Shown here: in pieces, positions 21,287 through 33,761 of the stretch
Layout of the letters: the number at the start of each line of letters is the position of its first letter
Position numbering within the stretch: position 1 is the first letter of the stretch
Assembly: GCA_000002445.1 (NCBI GenBank)
Contig: CM000208.1
Coordinates: forward strand, 1,376,001 to 1,440,000
Direction of reading: 5' to 3'
Length of the DNA: 64,000 bases
From: Trypanosoma brucei
Lineage: Eukaryota
Position numbers and translations under genes: made by a program
The notes under the pieces: generated by a model
The model's database searches: none
What the model was told of the DNA's origin: nothing
What the model saw: the letters and a program-made list of their open reading frames with translations, nothing else

Positions 21287-23083
21287 ATGTCCGGTCAGGG
21301 AAATTTGCTGCGTATGTTCCCCCTTCAACACAAGAAGATGTCCCAATTTTCGCTCAGATTTTTATCCGTCGGTGTTTGTGAAATGATGAATTGCGCGGAA
21401 AGGGAATACATGAGCTCATTCACTGTGCATAACAAGTTTAACCGCAGTGCTTACGCTGGTATCAACCCTCTTTCTTCCTCTTCAACCATTCAGTCACCTC
21501 TGATGGCGGATGTCGTGGCGGCTGGACTATTTGATAGTTACACAGGACATTCCTGCTCTCGGTTCATCTCGAAGTACCTTGCGAGGGCATTAAGTATGCA
21601 CTCCACGCTACCTGAAGAAATTGCATGGTTGCGGGGAGAGTTGAAGGATGACCCACTCGTTACAGTTATGACATCTTCATTATCGCGCTCAAGGGCAATG
21701 CATGGGACACAAATAGATAAACAAGGAGGAAACGGGGATATGCATACCATTCGCCCGCTGTTCTCAGAGTGGGACATGCAGCAATACGCGATGCTTGCTG
21801 ATATAGCTTTCTTAAGGGCTTGCGAGGACTCCAAGTTTGAGAGTTCCCTACCTGCTACAGAGTTGGCTAACGAAGGGTCCCGTGCTGTGTGGTTCACAGC
21901 AACAGCCGCCCCTTTTTCATTGCACGAGCAGCGCCGCTGCGAGCGGAGTCGTGAGGAAGCGAGCCATTGTGGTATGGCCCCGCCCCCTCTTCGCTCTCTC
22001 GATATGCCACAAGTTGCTTCAGAATCGCAAAGGCGCGCTTCTGCGGATGGGAAAGTTGGTAAGAAGTCACCAAAGTTCGCGGCGGATGAAAAGGAAGACT
22101 TTGAGCGAGAGTTCTGTGTTGACGTGTTGGTGAGCAATGTGGGTGATTCGCGTGCTTTCGGTATCGCCCGTAATCCCCTCACGTGGGGGCAGCGGAGCTT
22201 GCTGGACTCAACGCGGGAACGAGTAGTACCTTTGAGCGTCGATCACAAACCTCTACGTACGCCTGAGTTTCAACGCATCGTTTCCGCCGGCGGAGAAGTA
22301 CGCTCTGAAGTGGGTGACATGATTGATGCGAACCCCTTTTATAACGTGTCGCGTAGCTTCGGTCACTGGTCGATGAAACGTAACCCCAAGCGGGCGCCTA
22401 GTGAGCAGAAAATTACCGCTGTACCCACATGTAGTTCTTGGGAAATGTTACCAGGTGATGTACTTGTCTTGTGTAACCATGCAGTGTTCGAGACGCGGAG
22501 CCAGGAGGACACATCTATCGATGAAGCAGCAAAAGTTGTTGCACGTGAAATCAAACATGGAGCCTCACCGGGGGAAGCTGCGGGAGCGCTATGTGACTAC
22601 GCACTGCGTTTCGGTGCTGGACACTCACTGCAGGTGTTAGTTGCTTTGGCAACGGATGGGGGTGAGCACTGTCAGCAGGATAAGTCGGGGGAGCCGTATC
22701 GCTACGATTCAGTGATTCCTGGACCCATTTATGTACAACCATGCCGCCATTCCCTGTCGTATTCCGCGGCGCTATTAGCTGACTGCAGGCGTTGTGGTAT
22801 TACGTTGCCTGATTTACTGGAGAAAAGATGGCTTCACGTTCGAGATGAGCTTTGTAGCAGATACAAATTACCACTAATGTACTGTTATGGGAAAGAGTGC
22901 AGTGCTCTTCAGCAGCAAATGGAGGAAGAGGCTCTTCTTTTCAGCGGTGTGTCTTTCCCGCCAGGAAAGAGAGAATTGAGCGAACTGACAGAAAAAGAAT
23001 TGAGATGCGTTCGGGAGGAGTTTGAAAAGGTGGCGAGATCTATTATGCCATCCAAAAATCGTTTGCCGGAAAGGAAGGTTTGA
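21287..23083 (+). CDS. Protein phosphatase 2C-like (PPM family) with N- and C-terminal extensions.
   Basis: PP2C signatures VGDSRAFGI, LSVDHKPLRTPEFQRIVSAGGEV, FGHWSMK, and C-terminal VLVLCNHAVFE...LQVLVALA. ATG at 21287. Confidence 0.7.
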   Translation: MSGQGNLLRMFPLQHKKMSQFSLRFLSVGVCEMMNCAEREYMSSFTVHNKFNRSAYAGINPLSSSSTIQSPLMADVVAAGLFDSYTGHSCSRFISKYLARALSMHSTLPEEIAWLRGELKDDPLVTVMTSSLSRSRAMHGTQIDKQGGNGDMHTIRPLFSEWDMQQYAMLADIAFLRACEDSKFESSLPATELANEGSRAVWFTATAAPFSLHEQRRCERSREEASHCGMAPPPLRSLDMPQVASESQRRASADGKVGKKSPKFAADEKEDFEREFCVDVLVSNVGDSRAFGIARNPLTWGQRSLLDSTRERVVPLSVDHKPLRTPEFQRIVSAGGEVRSEVGDMIDANPFYNVSRSFGHWSMKRNPKRAPSEQKITAVPTCSSWEMLPGDVLVLCNHAVFETRSQEDTSIDEAAKVVAREIKHGASPGEAAGALCDYALRFGAGHSLQVLVALATDGGEHCQQDKSGEPYRYDSVIPGPIYVQPCRHSLSYSAALLADCRRCGITLPDLLEKRWLHVRDELCSRYKLPLMYCYGKECSALQQQMEEEALLFSGVSFPPGKRELSELTEKELRCVREEFEKVARSIMPSKNRLPERKV

Positions 23084-23984
23084 CATGGTGAATCTCCACA
23101 CCTTTTCTCCCATCCAAGGGGGAATGAGTTTTTGCCGTACCGTTTACTTTGTGAAGAAGAAAGGATGCGACAGTTTTTCATTGTCCTTTTTTTTGTTTGT
23201 TTTACCAGGGGACTTCCTGTACTGTCTGTTCCATGCAGGAACATCAACAGGGCGCCACACCGCTCAGCGCCACAACTACACACTACCCGCAGGCCGTTTC
23301 GTTCGTATATTTTTTTTGTTGTGCTTCAACAAAAAGCATCCCCTCGCGAACTATTCGTGCTGGGAAGCCCGCGAAAGAAATGGCCGGACCCTAAAACGTT
23401 AAAAATTTACGTTTTCTCTTTGATAACGTTACAGAAAAGAGGACCGAACGTAAGTTTTTTTTTTTTGAAAGCCCACCCATCCGACCCCTCCTCACCTCGC
23501 GTGGGAGGCGAGTTAGTGACAGTTTCAGCACTTCCTTATCGCAAATTTTCTTTAACTTGAAATGTTGATTAACCCCTTCTGTTCTTTGAGCGTGCTGATG
23601 ACCTACCAATTTATAAAACCTTTTTAATTTGTTTTTTCCTTTTTTTTTGGGGGGGGTGGTGGTGGTGTAAGGTAGGTAAGGTACTAACTTTTCTGCTCCC
23701 TTTAAACAGAAGATACGATCGAACCAAAAAAAAAATACGAAGGAGAAATTCTTTTTTTAGTGGAGAATTCTTCAAAGGTGTGATCAAGTTAAAGAGGGGC
23801 CACGGCAGCGGTTCTCAGCGCAGACTTCATTAGATAATAAGAACGTACCAAAAAACGGGCGGTGACAGCAACGAGAGGGGGAACATTTCGCATAATTTAT
23901 TTATTATTATTATTTTTTTTTTTTTGGCTTCTAAGCAGAAGCCAATAACGGCAACGACGACAGGGTGAGTAGTGGCAAAGTTGA

Positions 23985-25790
23985 ATGCATCACACGGGGA
24001 TGCCCAATACCCCGCCTCGCGCTTCACAGCCCCGTTACAACTGGTTGGCGGATAACAGAGCCTTGACGCAGGTGCTCACGCACTCAGATAATATGGGTCG
24101 ATTACCCGTTGACATTGTTAGGGATGCCGTTTGCGGTGGCGTTGTATGCGCCTTCACGGACGAAAAAAACCGATACGATGATCAGGTATTTCTTCCGTCG
24201 TCGTGTGATCTTACGGCACTTGCCTTTCTTATATCAGAGGGTTTCTTCGCACCATTTCTCCACCGTACTGTGGGGGATTGGTTTCAGCAATACACAATAC
24301 TGACGGAATCGGGATTTTTTGAACCACTTTCAATTCCTGTGCTTCTTTTCCCCGATTGTTTTTATGACGCCTCGTTCATTGACACATCATTGCCGAGAGT
24401 TTTGTCTCCTACGCCCAGCACAAATGGTAGCATTTCGAGCATGCCAAGTGATTCAATTTCATCGACAGCAGCTGATGTGTTGCACCTCCACAATCTGCGG
24501 TTGCAGGTGGGTGTTCTTCTTCTTAAAAGTATCAATGAGGTCCTACGAGATGCGGAAGTTTGGAAACTGAAGGCCAATAGACAAAAAAGAGGGCAAACCC
24601 CTCCTTCCGATGTGGTCGTTGCCAACGCTGTCATCGCACTCTTTTATGAAGTGAAGATGCTGTTACTCTGCTGTATTATTAGCACAGAACAGGCTTACCC
24701 AAAGGATGGCAGTCATGAAGAAACCCCTTTTAAGTCTGCGAGGAGCTACTTTGAAAGTATATTTAGCACAAAGGAGTTACGTAGAATTTTTGAGGAGCGT
24801 AGCAGACCGGGGGCGGAAGAAGTGATGAGGTGGTTTGATTCCACCTTGGGTGCGTTAACATCGACAGTATCGGGATTATTTTCCAGTTTGCAAGAACGAC
24901 TGCAGGAATTGCTGAATGATGTGTCAGTTGACGGCCGCAGGGTAACAGGAACTCCTGTACAAATTCTTCACCGTCCTCACGACTCCACGAGCACTAATGT
25001 GCTACAACTTCCTTTTGTTCAATCAAAACTCCCTCACCTCCCTCTCCAAACAGGTGAGTTGGCGACACTTCTTTCGCCAAACCCCGGAGAGATGCTGCTG
25101 TGTGATTCAGTTCCATCCCCACTCTCACTGTTGCTACGGCGTTGTGCCACGGTTAAGATGTCTGCCCTGGAACTTCGAGACGGGGTGGAGCAACTCGCAA
25201 TGAATCCGTGGTGGGCTCTTCATTATGCAGCTTCGCAAACCGTCCAGCGCCAGCTATCCGATACTCAGTTTATTCGTTCGGCTGTGGGGAAGAATTCTTG
25301 CTTCCTGATCGAGATAGTGCGGTGGTTGCGGGATGTACCTTCTGATGAGGCAAAGGATGTAGCAAAGGAGAGAGGCAGCGCTTGTAGCAATTCCGAGGGC
25401 ACGAAGCAACAAAATGGAAGAACAAATGGGGAAAGTAATAGGGAGCAGCGGCTTTTGTTGGGGTTGTCTACTTCAAATGAAATTATCGACCACGTTGTTC
25501 ACGATCTCCCCTTTGGCACCGCCGTTGCACAATTAATACGTGAACTCGTTGGCAGTAACTTGTTCACAGAGGAACAGTTGCACAGGTGGATCGGGCGCTC
25601 ACTTAAAGATGTAGAGAGTAAACCACCTGCAACAATCGGATGTTTTGCGGCACTTCTTGTTTTCGTTCTTCTTCACAGTAGGTGGGAACTCCCAGCAGAT
25701 ATACGAGAGATGACAGTCCAACTCTGCTCGCAGAACAAACAGCAGCAGGACTGTGTTCAACTGATTAACATTTTGCAGCGGGGCGCTTAG
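23985..25790 (+). CDS. Hypothetical protein (601 aa).
   Basis: ATG at 23985. Long uninterrupted ORF with balanced composition. No motif recognised. Confidence 0.5.
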
Positions 25791-26479
25791 CGTTGACGCA
25801 CTCGCGCAAACGTTGAGTGGTGCCGCATTTGGAAGACATTTCCTTGATGGGTGCTGAGTGGAGTTGTCTTCCGAGGGACTTTGTGCCAAACAGTGTAACA
25901 AATTGCTAAAATCGAATAACGCGCCTCTGGGCAGAACAATCGCGCATGAGGTTTCCCTTGTGACTTCACTGGAACAATAGGTGTTATTATGGAAGAGTGT
26001 GCCCCAGCAGGAGGAAAAAAGGGGGTGAGGGAAAACCACGTCACAACACAAGCCTCATATTCGTGTAAAAAATAATAACAATAATTTTTCATTTACCAGT
26101 TGTATCAGTCTTTACTCTTTAAAAAAAAATGCTTCGACTCACCTGACACGTACCCTTAAGCATCAATAAAGCGGTTGCTTGCTACTCGTGTTATTATTCG
26201 CTCGCCTGTCCAAAGCGTGAGGAAGCGAGCTTTGTTGCTGTGCACGTTTGTCCGCTTTGAGTTTATTTAGTCCCCGTCCTTTGTGTCGTATTGGTAGTAA
26301 CTTTTTCAGTGTCCAAGCAAATTTATTTGGTGCTAATGTAACATGAATAATGAAAGTCGAATCGCCCTCTCGATGTGTTTGCTCCCCTGTACAAGCGCTT
26401 CCTCTTCCTTTTCTTTTCGTGCCTACACTAACTTTTATTTATGTATTGCATTATTTACGTGCTTACGAAAGGGGTTAAA

Positions 26480-27052
26480 ATGCGCAACTACAACAACTTC
26501 AACCGTGTTTGGAAGGCCCCACGACGCCCCTTCGAGAAGGAGCGTCTCGACCGCGAGATGAAGCTCTGCGGGCAGTACGGTCTCCGCTGCAAGCGCGAGA
26601 TTTGGCGCGTCAACATGACTCTCTCAAAGATGCGTCGCACCGCGCGTCTTTTGCTGACGCTTCCGGAGAACCACCCGCGCCGCCTTCTTGAGGGCTCTGC
26701 AATTATGCGCCGCTGCCACGGATATGGTTTCCTCGACGAAGATAAGGACAAACTCGATTATGTGCTTTCGCTCACCGTTCCCGACATTCTCGAGCGCCGC
26801 CTTCAAACGGTCGTCTTCAAGCATGGCCTCGCAAAGTCCGTTCACCACTCCCGTGTTCTTATCCAACAGCGGCACATTGCCGTTGCTAAGCAGATTGTTA
26901 CGATTCCTTCCTTCATTGTCCGCGTGAGTTCTGAGCACCATATCGCCTTTGCGGATGCGTCGCCATTCGGCAACGGCCGACCGGGTCGCGTGAAGCGTGT
27001 GAAGAGGAACGCTGCGAAGAAGGGTAGCGGTGGCGGTGATGATGACGAGTAA
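26480..27052 (+). CDS. RPS9: 40S ribosomal protein S9 (uS4).
   Basis: [44 protein letters not shown]...[22 protein letters not shown] is a textbook eukaryotic S9/uS4. The track ORF starts 13 codons early. ATG at 26480. Confidence 0.9.
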   Translation: MRNYNNFNRVWKAPRRPFEKERLDREMKLCGQYGLRCKREIWRVNMTLSKMRRTARLLLTLPENHPRRLLEGSAIMRRCHGYGFLDEDKDKLDYVLSLTVPDILERRLQTVVFKHGLAKSVHHSRVLIQQRHIAVAKQIVTIPSFIVRVSSEHHIAFADASPFGNGRPGRVKRVKRNAAKKGSGGGDDDE

Positions 27053-27080
27053 AGATGTGAATGTGTCAAAAACCCTCATT

Positions 27081-27125
27081 ACTGACGTTCTTTCTACTTT
27101 CTTTATTCTTTCTGAGTAAAATCTT
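27081..27125 (+). promoter_or_regulatory. Polypyrimidine tract upstream of aldolase. Candidate SL trans-splicing signal.
   Basis: tactgacgttctttctactttctttattctttctgag about 240 nt upstream of the ATG at 27364. Confidence 0.4.
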
Positions 27126-27363
27126 TTCTCCTCATCAGCATTGCTGGGTCTGTTGCGCGACCAGGACGCGGGTGCTCAAGCTGTGTAGAGCACGCGCTTC
27201 CTTACATATTTCTCTAACAGGCAGGGAAGCCTAACAAAAACACTTGGCTTATTTTTTGCCCCCTCATGTCTTGTACAAATATTTGCGATAGCTTAGCTAT
27301 CAGCCACATTAATCAAACAAGTATACCAACAAGCCCGAAAACATAAACTCAACTGCAACGAAG

Positions 27364-28482
27364 ATGTCCAAGCGTGTTGAAGTTCTGCTTACCCAACTCC
27401 CTGCGTACAACCGCCTGAAGACGCCATATGAAGCGGAACTGATTGAAACCGCCAAAAAGATGACCGCCCCCGGTAAGGGTCTCCTCGCCGCCGATGAGTC
27501 CACTGGTTCATGTTCGAAGCGCTTTGCGGGCATCGGTCTCAGCAACACTGCAGAGCACCGCCGTCAGTACCGCGCTCTCATGCTGGAATGCGAAGGTTTC
27601 GAGCAGTACATCAGCGGTGTCATCCTGCACGATGAGACCGTGTATCAGAAAGCTAAGACCGGCGAAACATTCCCTCAGTACCTCCGTCGTCGTGGTGTGG
27701 TGCCTGGCATCAAAACCGATTGCGGTCTCGAGCCCCTCGTGGAGGGCGCCAAGGGCGAGCAGATGACTGCTGGTCTCGACGGTTACATCAAACGGGCCAA
27801 GAAATACTACGCTATGGGCTGCCGCTTCTGCAAGTGGCGCAACGTGTACAAGATCCAGAACGGCACCGTGTCTGAAGCTGTTGTTCGTTTCAACGCTGAA
27901 ACACTCGCTCGCTACGCTATCCTCTCCCAACTCTGCGGTCTTGTCCCTATTGTGGAGCCTGAGGTGATGATCGATGGCACTCACGACATTGAGACTTGCC
28001 AACGCGTTTCGCAGCATGTGTGGTCGGAGGTGGTTTCTGCACTCCACCGCCACGGCGTTGTATGGGAGGGATGCCTGCTGAAGCCCAACATGGTCGTCCC
28101 TGGCGCTGAATCCGGCCTCAAGGCCACTGCGGAGCAGGTTGCCGAGTACACCGTCAAAACCCTCGCCCGTGTTATTCCCCCTGCGCTCCCCGGCGTGACG
28201 TTCCTATCAGGTGGCCTCAGTGAGGTTATGGCCTCCGAGTACCTCAACGCTATGAACAACTGCCCGTTACCACGCCCATGGAAACTGACCTTTTCATACG
28301 CCCGTGCACTTCAGTCCAGCGCCATAAAGGCGTGGGGTGGAAAGGAATCTGGTGTCGAAGCTGGCCGCCGTGCGTTCATGCACCGCGCAAAGATGAACTC
28401 ACTTGCCCAACTCGGCAAGTACAACCGTGCTGATGACGACAAGGACTCGCAGTCTCTGTACGTTGCTGGCAACACATACTAA
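27364..28482 (+). CDS. ALD: Fructose-1,6-bisphosphate aldolase, class I, glycosomal (N-terminal PTS2).
   Basis: The full-length class I aldolase sequence matches T. brucei glycosomal aldolase as I recall it. The N-terminal RVEVLLTQL fits the PTS2 consensus R[LVI]x5[HQ][LA]. Confidence 0.95.
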   Translation: MSKRVEVLLTQLPAYNRLKTPYEAELIETAKKMTAPGKGLLAADESTGSCSKRFAGIGLSNTAEHRRQYRALMLECEGFEQYISGVILHDETVYQKAKTGETFPQYLRRRGVVPGIKTDCGLEPLVEGAKGEQMTAGLDGYIKRAKKYYAMGCRFCKWRNVYKIQNGTVSEAVVRFNAETLARYAILSQLCGLVPIVEPEVMIDGTHDIETCQRVSQHVWSEVVSALHRHGVVWEGCLLKPNMVVPGAESGLKATAEQVAEYTVKTLARVIPPALPGVTFLSGGLSEVMASEYLNAMNNCPLPRPWKLTFSYARALQSSAIKAWGGKESGVEAGRRAFMHRAKMNSLAQLGKYNRADDDKDSQSLYVAGNTY

Positions 28483-28946
28483 AATAATTATGCCCATTTA
28501 GTTGGCTTTTCCCTTGTCTCGTGTCTTTTCCGTGGAAAGGTTCCCGGAGTAATCTGATGGCACAGCAGGGAGGTGCGCCTGCAGGTTGGTTAGGAAGGGG
28601 GGATGATGTAAAAGAAAAAAATGGGGGGATATCTTATGTTTAAGAGGATAAATAATGTGAAGGGGCTTTATATGCTTGCTTGGTTGTCTCGTTGGTGTAT
28701 GGGGAATTTGCATGTTTGCTTTGGAGCACGCGTGGTACATCAATGGGATCATATCTTGCTGCCTCCCACAGTCACCGTGCGGAGCTGCCGGTGCCCCGTT
28801 TCTCATAGGCGTGTGCACCTTCCGTCTGAGACCTGTAAATGGTTAAAAAGGAATATATAATTACCTTTTGAAAAGTGGTAAAAAACGAATATATGTTTTT
28901 TTTTGGTTTTAATACGCTCTTTTGTGTGTATGAGAGGAATAAATAA

Positions 28947-28964
28947 GTGTGTGTGTGTGTGTGT
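28947..28964. repeat. (GT)n microsatellite.
   Basis: gtgtgtgtgtgtgtgtgt read directly. Confidence 0.8.
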
Positions 28965-29348
28965 TGTTGAAAAAATGAAGGACACGAAAGCGCTCATTAA
29001 GGGTGGGGATACACCAGGCATAATTATCCGAAAATATTTTGATGCACCAAATAAGTGAACATACTGACGAAATCAAAGAGTTGGAGGATGGATAGGGAGG
29101 CCTCATTGGCAGTGGTAAATTGATTTGACTTGAATATGATACCCTCTTACTGTTTCATTGCCACTACAAGTTGGTTTCCTTCCCCGGATGAATGGTCGTG
29201 AGGACATCCTTTTATGTGCCTTTGAGCCTCTTTATTTTCACTTCTTGTACCCTTATTTTACTCGCCATGCCATCGATACTTTGCTTGTGGTGGCGGTCGT
29301 GTGGGTTACCTGTTCGCTTGTTAAGGTGGTTAATTCCTTTGGTAGAAG

Positions 29349-29906
29349 ATGGATGATGGTGTAGAAGCCAAGCCCCTCTGCTTGACACGGGAACAAATTG
29401 ATAAGCAAGTAGAGCGGCTGTCGCGCCGGCCGGAGCAGCGAACGCTACCGGATCCGTTTCCTGTTTGTCCGACTGTGCGAATGTCGAAGGAGCAACTTGA
29501 GCAAGTTACGAAACGTGTGTTTTATCATTATTCGGAGAAACACGCCGAAGCGTTGCGACTTGCGGAAGAAAGGCGCGAGAAGGAATGCGGGGTTGCATCC
29601 ACTGTATTGAGCGCGAGTGATGTGGATGACATCGTGAAGCGTTTGTACTATGAGGGAATGGAGCGTGTGAAGGTGGGTCGCAAGGAGGCTAGTGACCGTC
29701 TGTTGTTTAAGTCAACCAAGGTTCTTCCAGTTATCTCGCTAAAGAGGTTTGTCAACGACATGTATCTACGCGGTTTGGAACGGGAAAAGAAGAAGGAGGA
29801 AAAGCTGTACGAGAAGTACATTCTCCCTACAGAGATTCCCAATCTGAGGATATCGAAGTCTCAAGCCGCGGAGTCAGCAGTGCGCTTGTCACGTCGACAT
29901 GAATAA
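29349..29906 (+). CDS. Hypothetical protein (185 aa), charged and probably helical.
   Basis: ATG at 29349. No family recognised. Confidence 0.4.
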   Translation: MDDGVEAKPLCLTREQIDKQVERLSRRPEQRTLPDPFPVCPTVRMSKEQLEQVTKRVFYHYSEKHAEALRLAEERREKECGVASTVLSASDVDDIVKRLYYEGMERVKVGRKEASDRLLFKSTKVLPVISLKRFVNDMYLRGLEREKKKEEKLYEKYILPTEIPNLRISKSQAAESAVRLSRRHE

Positions 29907-30299
29907 TCACTGTGTATCATTTATCCGGGTGTAGTGACGGTGAGTTTCTCGTGGCTGAAGGGGGTTCCTTGCACCATTTGTACTGTGCACTGCGTAACTA
30001 GCATTTTGCCTCTGTTGCTCCTTAAGGGCATAGGTTCATGTAGATTAGCGTCCCGGAGGAATTAGTGTGGAATTGTGTTGGAGAAGCTTCTTGCCTCCGT
30101 TTTAGACCACGATTGTGATAGCCATGACTGTGTGGACGTTTTCCGTGTGTCCCGTGATTGGTGCCCTGTGTTTCCACCTGAAGGTGATTTCCTCCTTATC
30201 ATTTGATTCTTCACTATGATATTCATTTTCACCTTTTAATTTTTTCGTGTGTATGCATTTCACGTAAGGAGTTTAACTAGGGGTAGTCAAGGCGAGCTG

Positions 30300-31787
30300 A
30301 TGGAAGACGATGCTGATGCCTACCTTCGGCGGGTGTCTCAACTGAAGCGGAAACACTTCAGAAAGGATTCTGTCACTGCATATCATCCCACGCCGGTGGA
30401 GGTGGAAACAGCCGACACCAGACCTATACATACCGTGGCTCGAAGGCTACCAATGAAGAAACGAAAGCGGATGTGTGATGATGATGAATTTGACGTTATT
30501 TCTCTTGTGAGGGACGCTGTCAATGTTTCTTCTGGTGGAGTTTTTGTCGCGGATATTCCTTCTACCGGTCCATTGGTTGGTTGTAGTGGTGATAGAAAAG
30601 TATTGCAACAACCGGTGAAAATTACGCTGATGGAAAAGTGGTTTCCTGGGAGGACGTTGCAGAATGCGACTCTGGACCCTGCCCAAGCACCACTGTACCA
30701 GTACACGGAAGTGTCGACGAAGCGAATGAAGGATGCCCGAGAGCGTTTTGTTTCCTTAAAAGCCGGGGTGGAGGATGCGTTGAAGTACTCTTTTGTGGGC
30801 GAGTGCACTAATTTTGACGAAGTTGTCTCCAGAATGACCAAAGAGAGTTGGATTGAGCTTCGCAACACCCTATTTCAAATATCGTCGCGTGCTTCCTTGC
30901 GAAGGAAAAAGGGTGCAGTGAGGGCCATGAAGTACATTTTGTCAACAAATGTTGGGGAACATGTGCCGAAATCCTCAATTTTGCGGCACTGGAACGAATA
31001 TCTTTTGATTCATGGCCCAGAACAGGGATTCCAGCCTACCCTTTCGCTTTTCGTTTGGGTCGAAAGTGCGGGCATTACCGCTCTCTTCACTGCCGTCGTT
31101 AGCCGCGCACTAAAATTGTTTAAGCAAGGCAAAAAACCAATGGCGTACTCGTTTTATGATGCTCAGGAGGAGTCTGAGCCCAGTTGTTGTGATGAGGCTG
31201 CTACAAGTGAAGAAGACGAGTGCGTTGACAGCGGCGAGGTGCTTTCTTGTGAAGGGAGCGTTGAAAAATCGGCAAAGGAGAGTGAACCGATCGCAGTGGG
31301 GACTGGGGAAGGAAACGATAATAATTTAGTGAGGCCGCCTTCCCTAGTGGAGCGCCTTCCTCGACTCGGCGGCTGTTCAGAAGATGTAATATCGCTTCTT
31401 TCGTTCTTGCGCGTATTAATGCCAGTGGACTATCTGGACGAGGATGGGAGGATGATTGGTCGTTCCGCTGGTTACGGCGTTTGGTTGTATGCCTGCTTGA
31501 CCGCTGTTGACACACCCTTTGACCCGGACTTGGACCGACTTGTTCATGAGTTTTTCCGTACTTGTTGCTTACAATTACGGGTACTCGGGGAGGCACACAA
31601 CGTCCGCGGAGATGATCGTGGGGCGATACTGAAAGTTTTCCCATCCCGCAAAGATGACCCCCCTCAGTCGTCACAATACAACTCCCTTGGTGATGTGAGG
31701 AAGGAGGATGTGTTGGCACTCCACACCATTATCGTTGTGCTAGCCAAGTTATTCCGCCTAAATGGTAATCGTTTGGTTCCGCTGTAA
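30300..31787 (+). CDS. Hypothetical protein (about 495 aa).
   Basis: The track start at 30249 is GTG. First in-frame ATG at 30300 (MEDDADAYLRR). No motif recognised. Confidence 0.5.
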   Translation: MEDDADAYLRRVSQLKRKHFRKDSVTAYHPTPVEVETADTRPIHTVARRLPMKKRKRMCDDDEFDVISLVRDAVNVSSGGVFVADIPSTGPLVGCSGDRKVLQQPVKITLMEKWFPGRTLQNATLDPAQAPLYQYTEVSTKRMKDARERFVSLKAGVEDALKYSFVGECTNFDEVVSRMTKESWIELRNTLFQISSRASLRRKKGAVRAMKYILSTNVGEHVPKSSILRHWNEYLLIHGPEQGFQPTLSLFVWVESAGITALFTAVVSRALKLFKQGKKPMAYSFYDAQEESEPSCCDEAATSEEDECVDSGEVLSCEGSVEKSAKESEPIAVGTGEGNDNNLVRPPSLVERLPRLGGCSEDVISLLSFLRVLMPVDYLDEDGRMIGRSAGYGVWLYACLTAVDTPFDPDLDRLVHEFFRTCCLQLRVLGEAHNVRGDDRGAILKVFPSRKDDPPQSSQYNSLGDVRKEDVLALHTIIVVLAKLFRLNGNRLVPL

Positions 31788-33062
31788 AAGGATTTGAGGT
31801 ACTGCAGTTACAACGTTCGAGTGGGCACTATACGAGATGGCAGTCGGGGCATAGGTGAGAGCGACTGCTAATGAAACGGAAAGGAGAGTAGTTACTTCAG
31901 CTATAAAGTTTCATGGACAACATTTGCACCTGGTTTCAGTGTTACTTACGTGCGGTGGGTTGCAGTTTGCTTTCCTCCTTTTACGAGGATGTCAGCAGAC
32001 TTTCATGTATGGTGTGCTACCTTCGGTTTAAGAATCTTGATGCTCATTGCCATCCGAATGACTCCCAATGTCTGTGCGGACGACACATCCTAACAAGGGA
32101 AACACGTTGTTATTTTCCCCTTTTAGGTTTGTTTAATTTGGGACCTTGGATCTCGAAACTCTAGGAGGACTTTTTGAGCTCAAGTTTTATGCGAATGTGG
32201 TGATCTAAACACGCTTTGTTATCCTGTAGATGGGGGTATGGTATCGGTGAACTTGTGAAGAAATGGATTCAGTAACGGGGGTGAAGCGCCAGTTACGTTC
32301 CCGTGTGTGTTCACGAAGAGAGACTTACTGTGGCCTGTGTAGAAGAAGCGGGTACATTAATCCTTCCTATCCTTCTCTACAGGGGCTTCATCGAAACTTT
32401 GTGATACATTTAGTGTCTTCCCGTGTCTTTTCGGTAGCTACCGCATCGGTTGAGGTGTCGTTTCTGCTGCCTTGCGTATGGATAACGATAAAACGGTTTC
32501 GTGAGGGGTGACGAGGAAGTATGTATTATGGATGCGAGTCCTTGTACCAAATACGGCCGAAAACGTTACTTCAGCTTTAGGAGGGTAATACTTGTCTTCA
32601 AAGGTTCCCTTTCGTCTTTAGCACGCAACCAGTGATTTCCTCCCCAAGTTTTCACAGCGTGTTTTTGGAGCGTGGGCCCACTGACGCCCCGGGTCGAGTG
32701 TAGTGCAGCGTACAGAAAGTGATTTACCGCTGTGTTGTTATTGCGTCACTATTGACTTCCTTTGGTTTTGGAACTGAGTCCCTTCCCCTTTAAATTAAAA
32801 AAAGAAGTTTAGGTCTTACATTCTACGACCCCCAAAGGCAATTTCTTTGGTGTCCACTACGCTGTCATTCCGTCTTCTCACTTCTCACCGTGCACATATA
32901 TGGATACAAACCCTCTTCTTGCCTAGGTAAAAAGGAAAGACGCGCGGCGAGGTCAGTTTTTTTTGTTGTTGTTCTTTCTCACAGGAGGGGCGAAAGAGAC
33001 AACAAACCGAAAAAAGTGTAACAGTACATTAGCGGTGTACGGAGCTACTTTGTTAAGATCAA

Positions 33063-33761
33063 ATGTACCCACTCCTCGTGTGCGCTGACCTGTACGGGGA
33101 GAAATACAATTTGGAGGTAAGGTTCCCTTCAAAACCGACCATAGAAGATCTCCAGAAGAGAATAGTTACTGTGTTTTCTACAGAAATGGACTCCCGGCGA
33201 CCAGAGGGGTACCCTGAGGCGGACTTTAGCATTGCATTAGTTCACATTTACGACGATAAATCTCAACAATGGGAGAAACTTCTTAGTGACGCGCAGCTGC
33301 ATGAATATGACCAACTCTACGTATTCCAGCCCCAGACAAGGTGGCATATGGACGTCCAAAAGAATCTTCCCCCTCCCACAACTCCTTCAAAAGACCATAG
33401 AACTGCTACACCTCATTCGATATGCAAATCACCACAATCAAAAGGTTGTGATGACGTATACTCTTTTTCACAGAATTGTGAAGCAACTGTAACAGCGAAA
33501 ACACGGTTGGAGGAGCAGCGGCGACGCGAACGAGTGCTCAGAGAAGAGTTATTTCGTGTCAGAGAGGAAACGGAACGGCTGGAGCGAGAGGCTGCGTTGG
33601 AGCTATCGCGGAAGCGTTTGCTCAAATGGCAGGTAATGTACACAAGTACTTCACACAAAGAGACAAGTGGTATTTACATGGCTAGTATGTGTAATTATCC
33701 ACCACTGGGAGAATGTCTTTACACCGTCGATGCGCCAAAACCTGTTTCGCCTGGCCGCTAG
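33063..33761 (+). CDS. Hypothetical protein with a C-terminal coiled-coil.
   Basis: ATG at 33063. RLEEQRRRERVLREELFRVREETERLEREAALE heptad-like region. Confidence 0.45.
   Translation: MYPLLVCADLYGEKYNLEVRFPSKPTIEDLQKRIVTVFSTEMDSRRPEGYPEADFSIALVHIYDDKSQQWEKLLSDAQLHEYDQLYVFQPQTRWHMDVQKNLPPPTTPSKDHRTATPHSICKSPQSKGCDDVYSFSQNCEATVTAKTRLEEQRRRERVLREELFRVREETERLEREAALELSRKRLLKWQVMYTSTSHKETSGIYMASMCNYPPLGECLYTVDAPKPVSPGR

Noticed and set aside
31788-33062. Small ORFs (31913-32164, 32263-32511) in a 1.27-kb gap.
   Set aside because: They are short and Cys/Arg-rich with no motifs. The gap size is within the normal UTR range. They are left unannotated.
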